Shown here one piece after another: positions 1-11,040 of a stretch of DNA of 64,000 nucleotides; within the stretch, counting starts at the first letter, position 1; each line of letters starts with the position of its first letter. Under the pieces are notes generated by a model. The model was not told where the DNA came from. It searched no databases and worked only from the letters and a program-made list of their open reading frames with translations. The stretch lies in contig NW_026867509.1 of the NCBI RefSeq assembly GCF_020745735.1, forward strand, positions 1,178,001-1,242,000, written 5' to 3'. The DNA comes from Hemiscyllium ocellatum. Its lineage: Eukaryota. Both the position numbers and the translations under genes were made by a program.

Positions 1-286
1 AACATGATCCAGCGAAACATCAATAAAATGATGATGTAAAGAATGTCACACTGAGCTACAACTGGAAAACATGTGATTCTGGCACTTCTAAAGTTGTTAG
101 AGTTGGAGCCCCAGGCTGCCTCTATGGTTCATATTTCAAAGTCCTGGAAGCGATGTGCAGACGGGCAATATCGTTATTGATCGAGGTCATTAATTGAACG
201 TGGAACTAAGGCATGTGGGTATTAACGAAAAAAAATGTCTGCAGCAGAATGCAAAGTCAATCAACGCAGATGCAGCCTTGTTTTTT

Positions 287-599
287 AGATTAGATTAGAC
301 TTACAGTGTGGAAACAGGCCCTTCGGCCCAACAAGTCCACACCGACCCGCCGAAGCGCAACTCACCCATACCCTTACATTTACCCCTTACCTAACACTAC
401 GGGCAATTTAGCATGGCCAATTCACCTGACCCGCACATCTTTGTGACTGTGGGAGGAAACCGGAGCACCCGGAGGAAACCCACGCAGACACGGGGAGAAT
501 GTGCAAACTCCACACAGTCAGTCGCCTGAGTCGGGAATTGAACCCAGGTCTCTGGTGCTGTGAGGCAGCAGTGCTAACCACTGTGCCACCGTGCCGCCC
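287..599 (-). mobile_element. HE1-like tRNA-derived SINE (elasmobranch)
   Basis: Minus strand begins GGGCGGCACGGTGGCACAGTGGTTAGCACTGC (A box TGGCACAGTGG), has B box GGTTCAATTCC, the typical TTCTCCCCGTGTCTGCGTGGGTTTCCTCC core, and a (TCTAA)n tail. Confidence 0.85.
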
Positions 600-769
600 T
601 TGAAGGAAAAGTGCCTGTCCAACAAATACCCGTTGAACTGATATCAGAAGTGTGTATGCATGAGAGGAATTAGCTCAAAAACAGGATCAATTCTCAAGAC
701 AGTCAATAATCAAGAAAGATAATAATAACAATGCATAAATAAGATGTTTCCGCACACAGCTGGAAAAGC

Positions 770-771
<2 letters not shown>

Positions 772-812
<41 letters not shown>

Positions 813-823
813 ATCTATCTATC
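772..823. repeat. (TCTA)n microsatellite
   Basis: Tandem TCTA/ATCT run read directly. Confidence 0.95.
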
Positions 824-1037
824 ATGTTCTGCCCATCTATATGGTTTTAGTACTCCACACGCACAACTTTTTGATTTAATGTGATTGTCTACAATTTATC
901 ATCGTCCTGCGATTTCGTGAATTAAAGTTCTGCGAAATTTAATCATTGAAATTTATGACTTCTGAAATCACTGTTCTTTTCTAAAAGTCTTGCAACGGGG
1001 GAGCGTTTAACAGAAAGCAGACAGATAACACATTGTA

Positions 1038-1076
1038 ACAAACTGTGTGGCCAGATCCATTGTTTCTCTCACTGTG
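1038..1076 (-). other. 23-bp-spacer RSS of V1 (degenerate nonamer)
   Basis: Minus strand CACAGTG + AGAGAAACAATGGATCTGGCCAC (23 nt) + ACAGTTTGT. Perfect heptamer, poor nonamer. Confidence 0.6.
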
Positions 1077-1350
1077 GCACAGTAATACACTGCAGCATCT
1101 CGACCATTTTGTCACATATAAAAATAGTTTTGAACTACTCTGCTGTATCAAACGAAGGTATGTGGTGTGCGATGTTCACATTCCCCTAATGTATGCATCC
1201 GTTAAATTTCAGAAACACTGTTAATGTTTTTTTTTCACCAGTCTACATTTTCATCAGCACCAGTGGAGAACCTCTTGTCCAGATCCACAGATTCCCCTTC
1301 CAGAGAAAGAACATCGTCAACCTGTGAGCTCTGATTCTCAAACTGAAAGG
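1077..1350 (-). pseudogene. TCR alpha/delta-like V pseudogene (V1)
   Basis: Minus translation ..VLSLEGESVDLDKRFSTGADENVDW*.. (FR1/FR2-like, first Cys lost), then PSFDTAE*FKTIFI and ..DAAVYYCA across frameshifts, directly followed by CACAGTG. Confidence 0.75.
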
Positions 1351-2390
1351 CTGTAACAGAAGTGACATAACTCAAACACAACTCAATATTGAGTGATAGT
1401 AAAAAAAGACGTCTTATTAGCAAACTAAACATACTCTTTGCCAGAAACATCAGAGCTCGAAGTGAAAAAGAGCTTTGTTGCCTTCATTTTCATGCTAATG
1501 AAGAGGGACAGGAGGCAGACCCAACAGGCTCTGGTTTTCAGACCAGGACTCGGTGACCAAGCAAAGGACTCTCAGAAATATTGTTGGAGATCATTTTATT
1601 TTCCTCTGGCATGGCAAGAGGCCAATGCGGGGTATTCTCACAAACGGATTATTATGAGATTTCGACACCAGACTTCGTATAATGTTGCACTCAGGGATTA
1701 TCTGTCTTTGCCTGTTTAAGCCACAATTGGATTAAGCATTAACTGTTTCCATCTCTCTGTCCCCCCTCCCACGCACACAGACTTTCTGTCACTCACGATC
1801 TGTCTTTGTCACTCAATCGCTGTCTCTCTCTACCTGTCTCTTTTTTTCCTGTCCCGTCTTCGTCTCTTTCACTCTCTCTCATTCTCTCTCTCCCCCCATC
1901 CTAAAACATTTTTCCTCTCTCTCTGATTGAGGGCTTCATGCAGACATGTTATGAGTCATAGTTTCACTGCAATACCATGAGTCGTTGTGAATTGACTGAA
2001 TCTGACTTCTGGTTTTATTGAATATACCCAAATACAAACACATTTTTGTTTCACTTTCAGCCTGGAATCAAAGTGAAAATTCAGCAATTGCATTCATGCT
2101 GCTTTTTGGTCAGTTTGGGATTATGATTGCATTTGTCCACTCCATTAAACTCTACAGTCATTCCTAAGATTGTTTTTTTTATTCATTAAAGGGATGTGGG
2201 CGTCACTGGCAATGCCAGCATTTCTTATGTGTCCCTAACAGCCAGAAGAGCAGTTCAGAATCAATCACATTTATGTGGGTCGGGAACTATATTTCATCCT
2301 GACCAGGTGATGATAACAGTTTCCTTCTCTAATGGGCATAATGGTATTGCATTATTTTTGCAATATTCCTTACCATGTATTATATTGCAG

Positions 2391-2580
2391 AGAGAGTTTC
2401 TGTTTCAATCAGGCGTGGTTTCATCGCGTTGAAGCAAAGATTGGTGCAAAGATTCAGAGGCAATGGGACACTACCAACACAGAGAAAAAACAAAAAAAAT
2501 CAGAGGAAGTTAATATCTACAGATTTCACTGCTTACTGTGAAGCTGTTATCTGCTGACAGAGCAATGAGTTCTGTATTTA
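2391..2580 (+). pseudogene. Possible highly decayed Ig/TCR V 3-prime remnant
   Basis: Mixed frames give ..QRFRG.. and ..SLLTVKLLSADRAMSSVF, resembling FR3 (xLTIxxLxxxDSAxYYC). No RSS or FR1 recognised. Confidence 0.3.
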
Positions 2581-2830
2581 TGAATTGCCTTCATCGTCTG
2601 TATAAGTGAAGCCTGATCCTGGTTACACTTTAATATAGACTAGGAGGCCAACACATTTCAAATATCTTGACATTTCATTTCAAAACATAAACGTAATACT
2701 AAATCTGCATTCCCCGCTAATAATACTGGACTTTCACACTGATGAGTTGTTTACTTTTTAATCGCATGTGTGCATTCAGAAGTTTGCTTTTATTCCTTGA
2801 AAAATGAGACATTTTGTTTTTGTGACACAG

Positions 2831-3131
2831 TAACGCGTGGCAATGATTCACTGCCATAAAATCCATCTGAATCAATTGTCAGGAACGCCGAGTATTTTTA
2901 ATTGCGCTGTTATCACCTGACAACATACACCGACAGAATCCTAGACTGAGACATCCAGTATCCCCGCGAAATTGTGAGATATTTCCTGAAGATAAATGGA
3001 GGATGATTACAAGTGTCTGGAACTGAAGGTCATAACATCTTTTAACTTACCCAAAGGAATGAAAATGATTGCTTTAGTTATCTTGAAGCTTTTGAACAGA
3101 AAGCACCACGAAATGTGAGCCCGGAAGCCCG
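2831..3131 (+). pseudogene. TCR delta/alpha-like V pseudogene (V2)
   Basis: After acceptor ..GTGACACAG, phase-1 frame reads TRGNDSLP*NPSESIVRNAEYF*LRCYHLTTYTDRILD*DIQYPREIVRYFLKI.., then after a frameshift FNLPKGMKMIALVILKLL..*ARKP (TGT>TGA at the second Cys), ending just before CACACTG. Confidence 0.8.
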
Positions 3132-3159
3132 CACACTGATGCAGCCGAACAATAAAACA
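3132..3159 (+). other. RSS of V2 with a 12-bp spacer
   Basis: CACACTG + ATGCAGCCGAAC (12 nt) + AATAAAACA. Heptamer is identical to, and nonamer 8/9 identical to, the V4 RSS. Confidence 0.65.
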
Positions 3160-3849
3160 ACAATTCCATATGCACAGTGCAGAGCAGCTGCGAAATGTGA
3201 AATGGCTGGAATCAAAGACAGCCTGGTTTGATTATCATCACGTGGAGATAAATGTGTTAAGCATATTGTAATTGGTTTATGCCGAATATCGTGCAACATA
3301 TTGTCAGCCGTCAAATTGAATTTTATTGTACCTTCTGTGCTTTGTAAGATTCTGAGAAGTAAGATAATACTGCACTTAGAAAGGCAGGGATTGATTATGA
3401 ATAGTCAGTCCAGATCAGTGTGTCCTTTAAAAATGAAGGGTAATCGCGCTCAAGTGCTCACCCGTGTGACAACTGTCTCATCACAGCTTTCCATTCCAAG
3501 CACAAGTTGTTTCTTGTCTGCAACCAATTCTCAAACCTTGCCAGTATATTATCACCAATCTTATATTTTAATCCTGAATACGAATAGCTTAGGTGTCTTT
3601 ATATCTTAAGCTTCCTTAAAATACAAATACACCAGCTGCACTATCTTTCTGTTATGTATTCTATTAGTTGTCTCCTCGGAAAATGTGAAAACTTGTGCTG
3701 CTTCCCTCTTGTCTCCCAATCCTCTGCTCTTTCTCCAATTGCAATTTTCTCGAGACATTTCTCTTTAATTTGGATTCAAATTCAGCGTGTTGTTGGGAAA
3801 TGGTGGCAACCGCAGGAATGATTCTCTCCCATTTCCAGAAATACGTGAG

Positions 3850-4119
3850 ATTGCTGCACCCTCTCTTTCATGTTTTCCCGAGGAGCGATGTTCCGACAAA
3901 TTCTGTTCTGTCAGATGGCTGAGGGAAGCACAATAGTTTCTGAACGTTTGTCGGCCGAGGTGCATGACGTAGTTTTATGTCTGGATGATGTGTAACGTGA
4001 AGAGGAATTTGTCTGTGGTGAAATTTCCAAACATCTGCAACCTTTGCAGTCGTAGGTAGTAGAGTTTGCTGGATCGGAAACTCCTGGTGGGGGAAATATA
4101 AAGACTTTCCACAGTTCAT
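3850..4119 (-). pseudogene. Ig C1-set (TCR constant-like) exon remnant C-a
   Basis: Minus frames: NELWKVFIFPPPGVSDPANSTTYDC, then GNFTTDKFLFT and TFRNYCASLSHLTEQNLSEHRSSGKHE, following the C1 pattern. Its 5-prime part is homologous (inverted) to 4706-4800. Confidence 0.45.
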
Positions 4120-4579
4120 TTAGGAGATTGTGAACCCCACTGCATTTGTACATCAGTGGCAAGGGGCTCTAATATTGATGATGGCAGATTCGACGCGTGC
4201 GAAACCGTCTTCTTTCGCTTGGATTGGAATTGTCTTCTGAAGTATACCTGGAGCCAAACGTGTGTAGACAATTGGATCGTGTTTTATTCGATTCCTGACT
4301 CAAGCCGCCCTGGGCGTGAGAAAGGTGATGCATTATCCTTCAAAGAATTTCGAGTTGGAGATATGCTCCCTGGCTATATTATTCAAGTCAAATTATGCAC
4401 CAAGTCAATATTATTTTCCAGGATTAGATATGGGGATTTTGTAATTGGTAAAGCTTGAAGATTGATTGTTATGTTTATATTTTCTCCTCTTCGAAATGAT
4501 CATTGTGTGCACTTGTGCGACATAAATATCAGTGAGCACTTTCCAGCAAATGTCTGAATATTGTTCAGGTCTTGCTACA

Positions 4580-4692
4580 TTGCTTCTGCACCTGAGTAGT
4601 TGTGAATGGTGTAGAACATTATACAATCATCAGCGAACATCGATTTCAAATATTATGAGGTATGGATTATCAAATACAAATGCAGTGGTGTG
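4580..4692. repeat. Local direct duplication (second copy 5129-5243) containing a minus-strand LINE RT FADD fragment
   Basis: TTGCTTCTGCACCTGAGTAGTTGTGAATGGTG..ATCATCAGCGAACATC..TACAAATGCAGTGGTGTG occurs twice. Minus strand reads MFADD (RT motif). Confidence 0.85.
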
Positions 4693-4705
4693 CACTATCT
4701 CCAAG

Positions 4706-4950
4706 ATGAACCATCGAAAGTCTTTATATTTTCTCCAACAGTAGTTTCCAATTTAGCGAACTCGACTATCTACGACTGCAAAGGTTGGAGATGGATGGAA
4801 TGTCAATGATGAAGCAGCTGAAGATAGTTAAACAAAGGCTACTAGTTAAGAACCAACTCCAACTGTGCCCTGAGATGCATCAGCTCGAACAATTACAAGC
4901 GTGCTCCTTTGACCCAGTTCTGACTCAAACCAACCGAGAATTTGCCTTGA
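4706..4950 (+). pseudogene. Ig C1-set (TCR constant-like) exon remnant C-b
   Basis: Acceptor CACTATCTCCAAG, then phase-1 (D)EPSKVFIFSPTVVSNLANSTIYDC; next frame WNVND..ATS*EPTP..RTITSVLL*PSSDSNQPRIC (W-x-V-N, S-x-L and late Cys of the C1 set). Confidence 0.5.
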
Positions 4951-5243
4951 GTCATATTAAGTCCTGATGTGTTTTGGATTGTTCGTGCAAATCTCAATTG
5001 AAATCTGCCTTGATATGAAAATCAGCCTCTTCCAAAACATCCCTGTTTTACATCATTGGTCTATGCTTCGACCAATGCAATGGTGAAGTCAGAAGTTACG
5101 GCCTCCAGTCGAACCAATCAGTACATCGTTGCTTCTGCACCTGAGTAGTTGTGAATGGTGTTGAACATTATGCAATCATCAGCGAACATCTGATTTCAAA
5201 TATTATGAGGTATGGAATGCCAATGTACAAATGCAGTGGTGTG

Positions 5244-5540
5244 AGAGTCTTTATATTACATTGCTGGTAATAGTTTACTGCATTGCAAACAATCTCTTCT
5301 CTTACATCGCTGATGATGTGTGGACAGAGGTGGTGTTAACTTGTTACATTGAATGTGTTTTTTTTGTGTGGTGGAGGAATCAGAGGTTTTTACCCGTTAT
5401 CTGATAAATCAGACCAGGTGTTGTAGTTGCGTTGGAACACTGTTCCTCATGAAGCTGATCTTTCAGATTTGTCGCTTCTACCATCCGAATATTCCTGTAA
5501 CCAAATGTCTTGCAACATCCAGTATCTTTATTTGTTTCTT
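5244..5540 (+). pseudogene. Ig C1-set exon remnant C-c
   Basis: RVFIL..VFFLCGGIRGFYP..LSDLSLLPSEYSCNQMSCNIQY. The C-x-IRGFYP and L-x-L-x-x-SE..SC motifs are C1 hallmarks; it follows the duplicated 5129-5243 unit. Confidence 0.5.
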
Positions 5541-5559
5541 GATGTCATGCTTCATAACA

Positions 5560-6190
5560 TCATAGAAGTTCAATGAGGCCCTTCAGCCCATCTAATGTAT
5601 ATGTCGTAAAATATACTAAATGAGTACAACTCCCACTTCGTGGCACGAGGTGCATATTTTGAATGTTGTTCAGGTTTAAATACAAACATTTTCGGTTTGC
5701 ATTTGTGAGATTACCCAACTGAACTAGCCTTCCTGGAAGTGAATTTCATATGTCTGTCACCCTTTGGATTAAACAATGTTTTCCTCAACTTGCCTGTAAA
5801 CCTCTTGTCTTTCAACTTAAAATTATAACCTCATGTTCACGACTGTCCAATTGAGGTGAACAGTTGTTTTCAATCTGCTCTCTCCCTGCCCATCATAATC
5901 CCAGACACATCGAAAAAGACTATCCTCAACCTTCTCTTTTTCAAAGAAAACAGCCTGAACTTCGCGAACACCTCGGAAAAACTTAAGTATTCCATCCGAG
6001 ACAACATCCTTGTGAATTTCCTCCGCAACCCCTCCAACTGTTTCAAATCCTTTCTAGAGCGCTCTGACCCGAATTGCACATGCAAATCAAAGTCCTGTGA
6101 GCTGCAAAATCCCCTCCCCAATGTTATGGAATATGCTCTTTCTGATAATAAGTGTATTCTGAACTATCCTACTACACAGCTCTGAGTGTA
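5560..6190 (-). mobile_element. Degenerate CR1-like LINE 3-prime fragment
   Basis: Minus ORF ..HVQFGS..RKDLKQLEGLRRKFTRMLSRMEYLSFSEVFAKFRLFSLKKRRLR resembles the CR1 ORF2 C-terminus. Confidence 0.7.
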
Positions 6191-6397
6191 TAATGGATCG
6201 TTGAGAAAACAGTTTATTTGACCTTTATTTCTTTCAGTTTCCTCAAGTCAGCAGTTTGGAAGATTGTGGGATTGTGGATTGAATGGAATTCGTCCTTGTT
6301 TTTCTCTCCTGATTTGCATCTCATTGTACTTCCAGTTCTACACTCTCTCTGATGTAAGGATCTTCATCAACTATCGTTTTTACAGTAACCTCGTAAC

Positions 6398-6705
6398 CTG
6401 TGCTCTGCAATTCCATCCTCAGATGTTCTTTACTCCTTTCTTCCTTACAATGCTTCACAGAACATAGGTATTTATTTTGATGTTTCCTTATTATTCCCAG
6501 TTCCAAATTTTATCTTCCAGTGTCAAATTTGTTAGTGTCCGGTCTAGTGAAGCAGACAACTGCAGTTATTTTTCATATTGTAATATAAAATATGCAAAAC
6601 CATCTCCTTTATTAAAAAAAATACTGGTGGTCAATAAACGTTGTTAGCATCAGCAAAATTTCATGAATGAACAAAAATGCATCTATCCAGCATAAAAGAT
6701 ATTTG
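6398..6705 (-). pseudogene. Possible Ig C1-set exon remnant C-d
   Basis: Bounded by acceptor GTTTTCAG and donor ACAG/GTTACG (308 nt, domain-exon size). Reads ..HFCSFMKF..TLTNLTLEDKIWNW..NKYLCSVKH (LTL-x4-W and Y-x-C-x-V-x-H). Confidence 0.4.
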
Positions 6706-6959
6706 CTGAAAACATGGCAGCAAATAACAAAATGCAGAGTAATTAAACATTATTTTTCAATTGCACTCAACTCCAAAATGAGTAACCACAGTTAATTCTT
6801 AGCGCCTAATAATGGGAGGAGGCATCCTTTTGGAATTCTATACACTATAACTATAACATTATTCCAGAATTCGCATTATCGATTAATGCCAACTCTGAAT
6901 CCTGTTTTAATAGCACAATGCACCTGATATAATATCTCAAGAAGTTTGCAAACTAATAA

Positions 6960-7400
6960 TCATCATAGAAACTCCACAGTGCGGAAGCAATCTTCAGCCC
7001 AACACATCCAAAATGACCCTCTGAAGGGTGACCCACCCAGACCCATTCCTCTACCCTGTACTCTCCATTTACCCTGAGCAATGCACCTAACCGACATATC
7101 CCTGAACGCTTTGGGCAATTCAGAATAGCCAACGTTGTGGAAAATTTGACTGAGTGCCAATTTCCCCCCTTTTCTCATAATCCTATACGTTGACTCTCTT
7201 TCATGTCACCCAATACACTTTTCAATGTCTTAGGCATACCTAAGTGCAACAGAATTCTAAGCAGTGCTGTGCAACAGACTTCTGAGCAGTGAAGTCCAAA
7301 TTCGGACACCCATGTTTCTGTCCTTATACTTGTATATTTTGCAAGACATTTTAAATCTGCTATCTCTGGTTCATGAATCTTTACGAGTGGGAACAGTTTC
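6960..7400 (-). mobile_element. Degenerate HE1-like SINE plus CR1-like LINE fragment
   Basis: CCCTGAACGCTTTGGGCAATTCAGAATAGCC resembles the SINE core. Minus ORF has GLHCSEVCCTALLRILLHLGM (CR1-like). Confidence 0.55.
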
Positions 7401-9094
7401 TCCTCTTCCACTATCAACATAATTTAATGCAGCGATCGTTGGATTAGTTAGGATCTTACTGAGACGACATCCCGAGTTTGGTATAACATATTGATGACAT
7501 TGTTAACGGAAGGATGCAAGTGCATTGTCAGTCGTTCAGAGAAATTTTAAGAAATTGATGCCTCAAAGGCCGTCTTGCCCGTGAAGACAGAATGGAAAGG
7601 AAAAAAAATCCTGAAGCCACTTCACCGACACAGATTCGACCTTGAAATGTTTTAACAGGGTGTCTCTGGAAAGAATGTTTCCTCTTGTCAGACAACCAAG
7701 AAAGCAGAATCCAAGTTAAATGATGAGAAATCAATCAAATAAGACAGATATTGTGAACATTTGTAATCTCACAGATAGCAATGAGTATTTTCTCAAGAAC
7801 TGGTATTTCAGAGATTTGAATGCTTTTAAAGTCAGATCCAGACTGATACGTGATTTTTTTCATGTGTGTTGAAAGAGCACGAATGGTTATTGAAAGTAGT
7901 TGGTAGCATGGCCGAATCAGATTAAACAATGTTATTTTTCAAATAGTGGTGCTAATTAGAGATGCCAACTCCGACTTGAAACCAGTAAGTTCAAACGAAT
8001 CATTTAAGAGTTGAAATTGTGTATATGCATTATATTCCAGGATTTTGACAATGCTTCTAGGCCATCTCAAACTTGAACATGATTATCAGTTTGGATTGAT
8101 CCTAACTGAACAATTCTGAGGCGATTACATTCTGGTTAGAGATTGAATGGAAATCATGTTCTCAGTTCAGGAGCATGTAAATATCTCAGGGGCAGTACTG
8201 GAAGAAGAACAACTAAGACCTTCCAAGATGTGGGCGATCCAGTGCTCTGGACCAGCATTTCATACTCACAGAACATCATCAATGAACCTACACGGCTGAC
8301 CTCCTAGCTTATCCTCTGTGGACATGTACACCGGCCGTCTGTATTCTCACTATAACTTCAGAACGCCACCCTTTGTACGTCAGACTAATGTGGGAAGGGG
8401 TTTTCATATTAACTCAAGAACAGTGCCGCCTGCAAATCAACTCGAGCCTGCTGTTGTATTTCAGTCGTCTCCCACAACAGCCTCCAGCTTCTGTACGAAC
8501 CATCAACCAGAAGCTGGAAGTAGCATGATGAGATTAATGTTTTTCCTCTCTCTCGCTCTCTCTCTAGCTGGTCACCTCGTGAGCACCGATTAAACAACCT
8601 GGCATTTTATCTTTTACCAAAAAACTCTTCGGGTCAATGAAAAAAAAAACAAACCTGTCTGTGCTTGAGCTCCACTGTTTGCCTCGGCATTAAACCCCAT
8701 TAAAATCTCTCTACTTAATTTCGAGCATCGTTCTGTCAGTGAGTGGTAGAGATTCCGGAAGTGGTGAGAAGAAATTAGTACCACTCTCCCACCATCAATG
8801 TTTTCTCTGGTAGGCCATGGATTGTTTCTTTACAAAAGGAGGATTTTTATCACACAAGGCACGACGGTAACAAATAGGGAGTGGATCTTCACAGGAGGGT
8901 GGTTTGGAGCAGAAATAACGTTTTTGCTGGAAATTCAAGACACCTGTTATTTTAATAGAGCAAACAGTGATGCAGGTCGGCCTTCGCAATACCAACACTG
9001 CTTCTGCAAATTATCACAGAAAGCAGTGAACATCCTGAATCCATTGCCCTAGACAAGTCAAACTTCTCCTTCTCACCGCAACCTCGACAGTCCC

Positions 9095-9570
9095 ATTTAC
9101 GAGGTCACGAGGTCAATTCCCGGAATGGCAGGACTATCTTACGTTGAAAGATTGGAGCGTCTGGGCTTTTATATCCTTGAGTTTAGAAGGCTGAGAGGGG
9201 ATCTGAGACGTATAAGATTATTAAAGGATTGGACACTCTGGACGCAGGAAGCATGTTTCCGGTGATAGGTGATTCCCGAACCAGAGGACACAGTAAAAAA
9301 AAAGGTAGCCATTTAGAACAGAGTTGAGGAGAAACTTCTTAACCCAGAGAGTGGTGGGTGTGTGGAATGCTCTGCCCCAGAAGGCTGTGGAGGTCAGGTC
9401 TCTGAGTACATTCAAGAAAGAATTGGATAGAAGTCTTAAGGAGAGTGGAATCTAGGTTTATGGGAATAAGGCAAGAACAGGAAATGGATTGAGGATGATC
9501 AGCCATGATCATAATGAATGGCGGTGCTGGCTCAAAGGGAAGATGGCCTACACCTGCACCTATTCTGTAT
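9095..9570 (+). mobile_element. CR1/HER1-like LINE 3-prime end
   Basis: GGAATGGCAGGACTATCTTACGTTGAAAGATTGGAGCGTCTGGGC..AGAGAGTGGTGGGTGTGTGGAATGCTCTGCCCCAG..GATCAGCCATGATCATAATGAATGGCGG: typical CR1 ORF2 tail and 3-prime UTR. Confidence 0.85.
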
Positions 9571-10529
9571 TGTCAATTGTCTATAAAACTGAGAAGTCGC
9601 TGTTAAAGTCTTGAGTTTCATAAGTGCTGACGATTTCTGACAGTAATTTTTTTATGAGATTGTTGTCAGTGAATCGATGTGGGGTGTGACTGATTCCTTT
9701 TAGGATCGGGAACTGATCCCTATTATTGCAGGGTAAGCTATTTAGATGACGGATCATCGAATATAACTTGTAGTTAAACTGACCCCTCTGGTCGAGATCA
9801 GTTATTCGATTTTCATTGTCATAGTTTGTCAATACATATTCGTATCAGATCCGAGGAAAAGATCAAATAATCTTGGACTATAGAATATGTGTGTTGGCGC
9901 ATATAACAAGTAATAACACAAAAGCTGCACGAAACCTGCTAGAGTCCCACTTTCCAATTTTTGACTCAAAGCTTTGAATGTTATGATTTTCCACATCTCA
10001 TCGAATGGATTTTTAAAAGGGTCAAATTTATCATCATCCATCGACCACCCCGACTCATGCTCCTACAAAATTTTCTTCAAGTTGGTTTGCATGTACATTA
10101 CAAACAGCAGATTCTGGCTCTGATTTTTGCCTCTGAACACTGGCGTAGAGTAACACAAACAGCATTCTGCTACCCGTCTTCTACCTTTAAACCAATATTT
10201 TCTCCAACTTACCTAGCTACCCAGGATCATATATGCCTTGACCTTCTATATCAGTCTTGCGAGTAGGGCCTTCAAATACTCGGCTGAAATCAATCAACTG
10301 TCCTGCCCTAATCCATACTCTTGGTCACCTCACAGATATTTGGTCGTATTACGTATTACGAACCTGTCTGTGTATGTGGCAAAACCAACTCAAATCTAAT
10401 GTGACTGTTCCAAAATGTAACAATTTGCAATGATAAATTACAGATCTTTGCGTTGGATATCTTTTTTTGAAGCGTTACAGGGTAATCTTCGGCTTGTGAC
10501 CCTGTACAGTTAGATCTTACCCCAGTTAT

Positions 10530-11040
10530 ATGTAGAATACTATCAAGCTGGAGAGGATTCAGAAGATATTTGCCATGATGTTGCCGTGTACAGAAGGTTT
10601 GAATTATAAATAAAGGCTGGATAGGTTAGGATATTTTTCAGTGTTGCATAGGAGCTTGAAAAGCGATAAAATAGAAGTTTAGATTTTTTTAAAACATGAA
10701 ATAAATAGATACAGCAAATGGTAGTTGTCTTTTCCCTTGGATGGGCGTTTTGAAGATAAGACGGCCTATTTTTAAGCAGAAAGGAGACCAGTTTAAAAAT
10801 AGATAAGATGCAAATCATTCACACAGAGGATGACACATGCCTGGGGTGAACTTCCAAATTAAGTTTTCGATGTAGTTACAAATACAACGTTTGGAAGTCT
10901 TTTGGATTCTTACATGAATAGGCAATGTTTGATGAGATAATGACAAGGATCAGGCACGTGAGAGTTGGCTATTTTGAGATTATGTTCGGCATAGACTGGT
11001 CAAAGGGTCTGTTTCCTTGCTTTATGACTCTATGCCTCTA
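10530..11040 (+). mobile_element. Degenerate CR1-like LINE 3-prime end
   Basis: AAGCTGGAGAGGATTCAGAAGATATTTGCCATGATGTTGCC..GGCATAGACTGGTCAAAGGGTCTGTTTCCTTGCTTTATGACTCTATG. Confidence 0.7.

Noticed and set aside
287-599. tRNA gene (A and B boxes present)
   Set aside because: No cloverleaf; it continues into the SINE core and a LINE-like tail, and occurs as several degenerate copies.
3416-3470. J segment between V2 and C-b
   Set aside because: CAGTGTG is present, but there is no nonamer at 12 or 23 nt and no FGxG.
3765-4458. Endogenous viral or FAM71-like reading of the overlapping ORFs
   Set aside because: Only vague resemblances; homology with 4706-4800 and the C1 motifs explain the region better.
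7740-7930. V-like VNIC..NWYF
   Set aside because: No FR3 or YYC, no RSS; compatible with chance.
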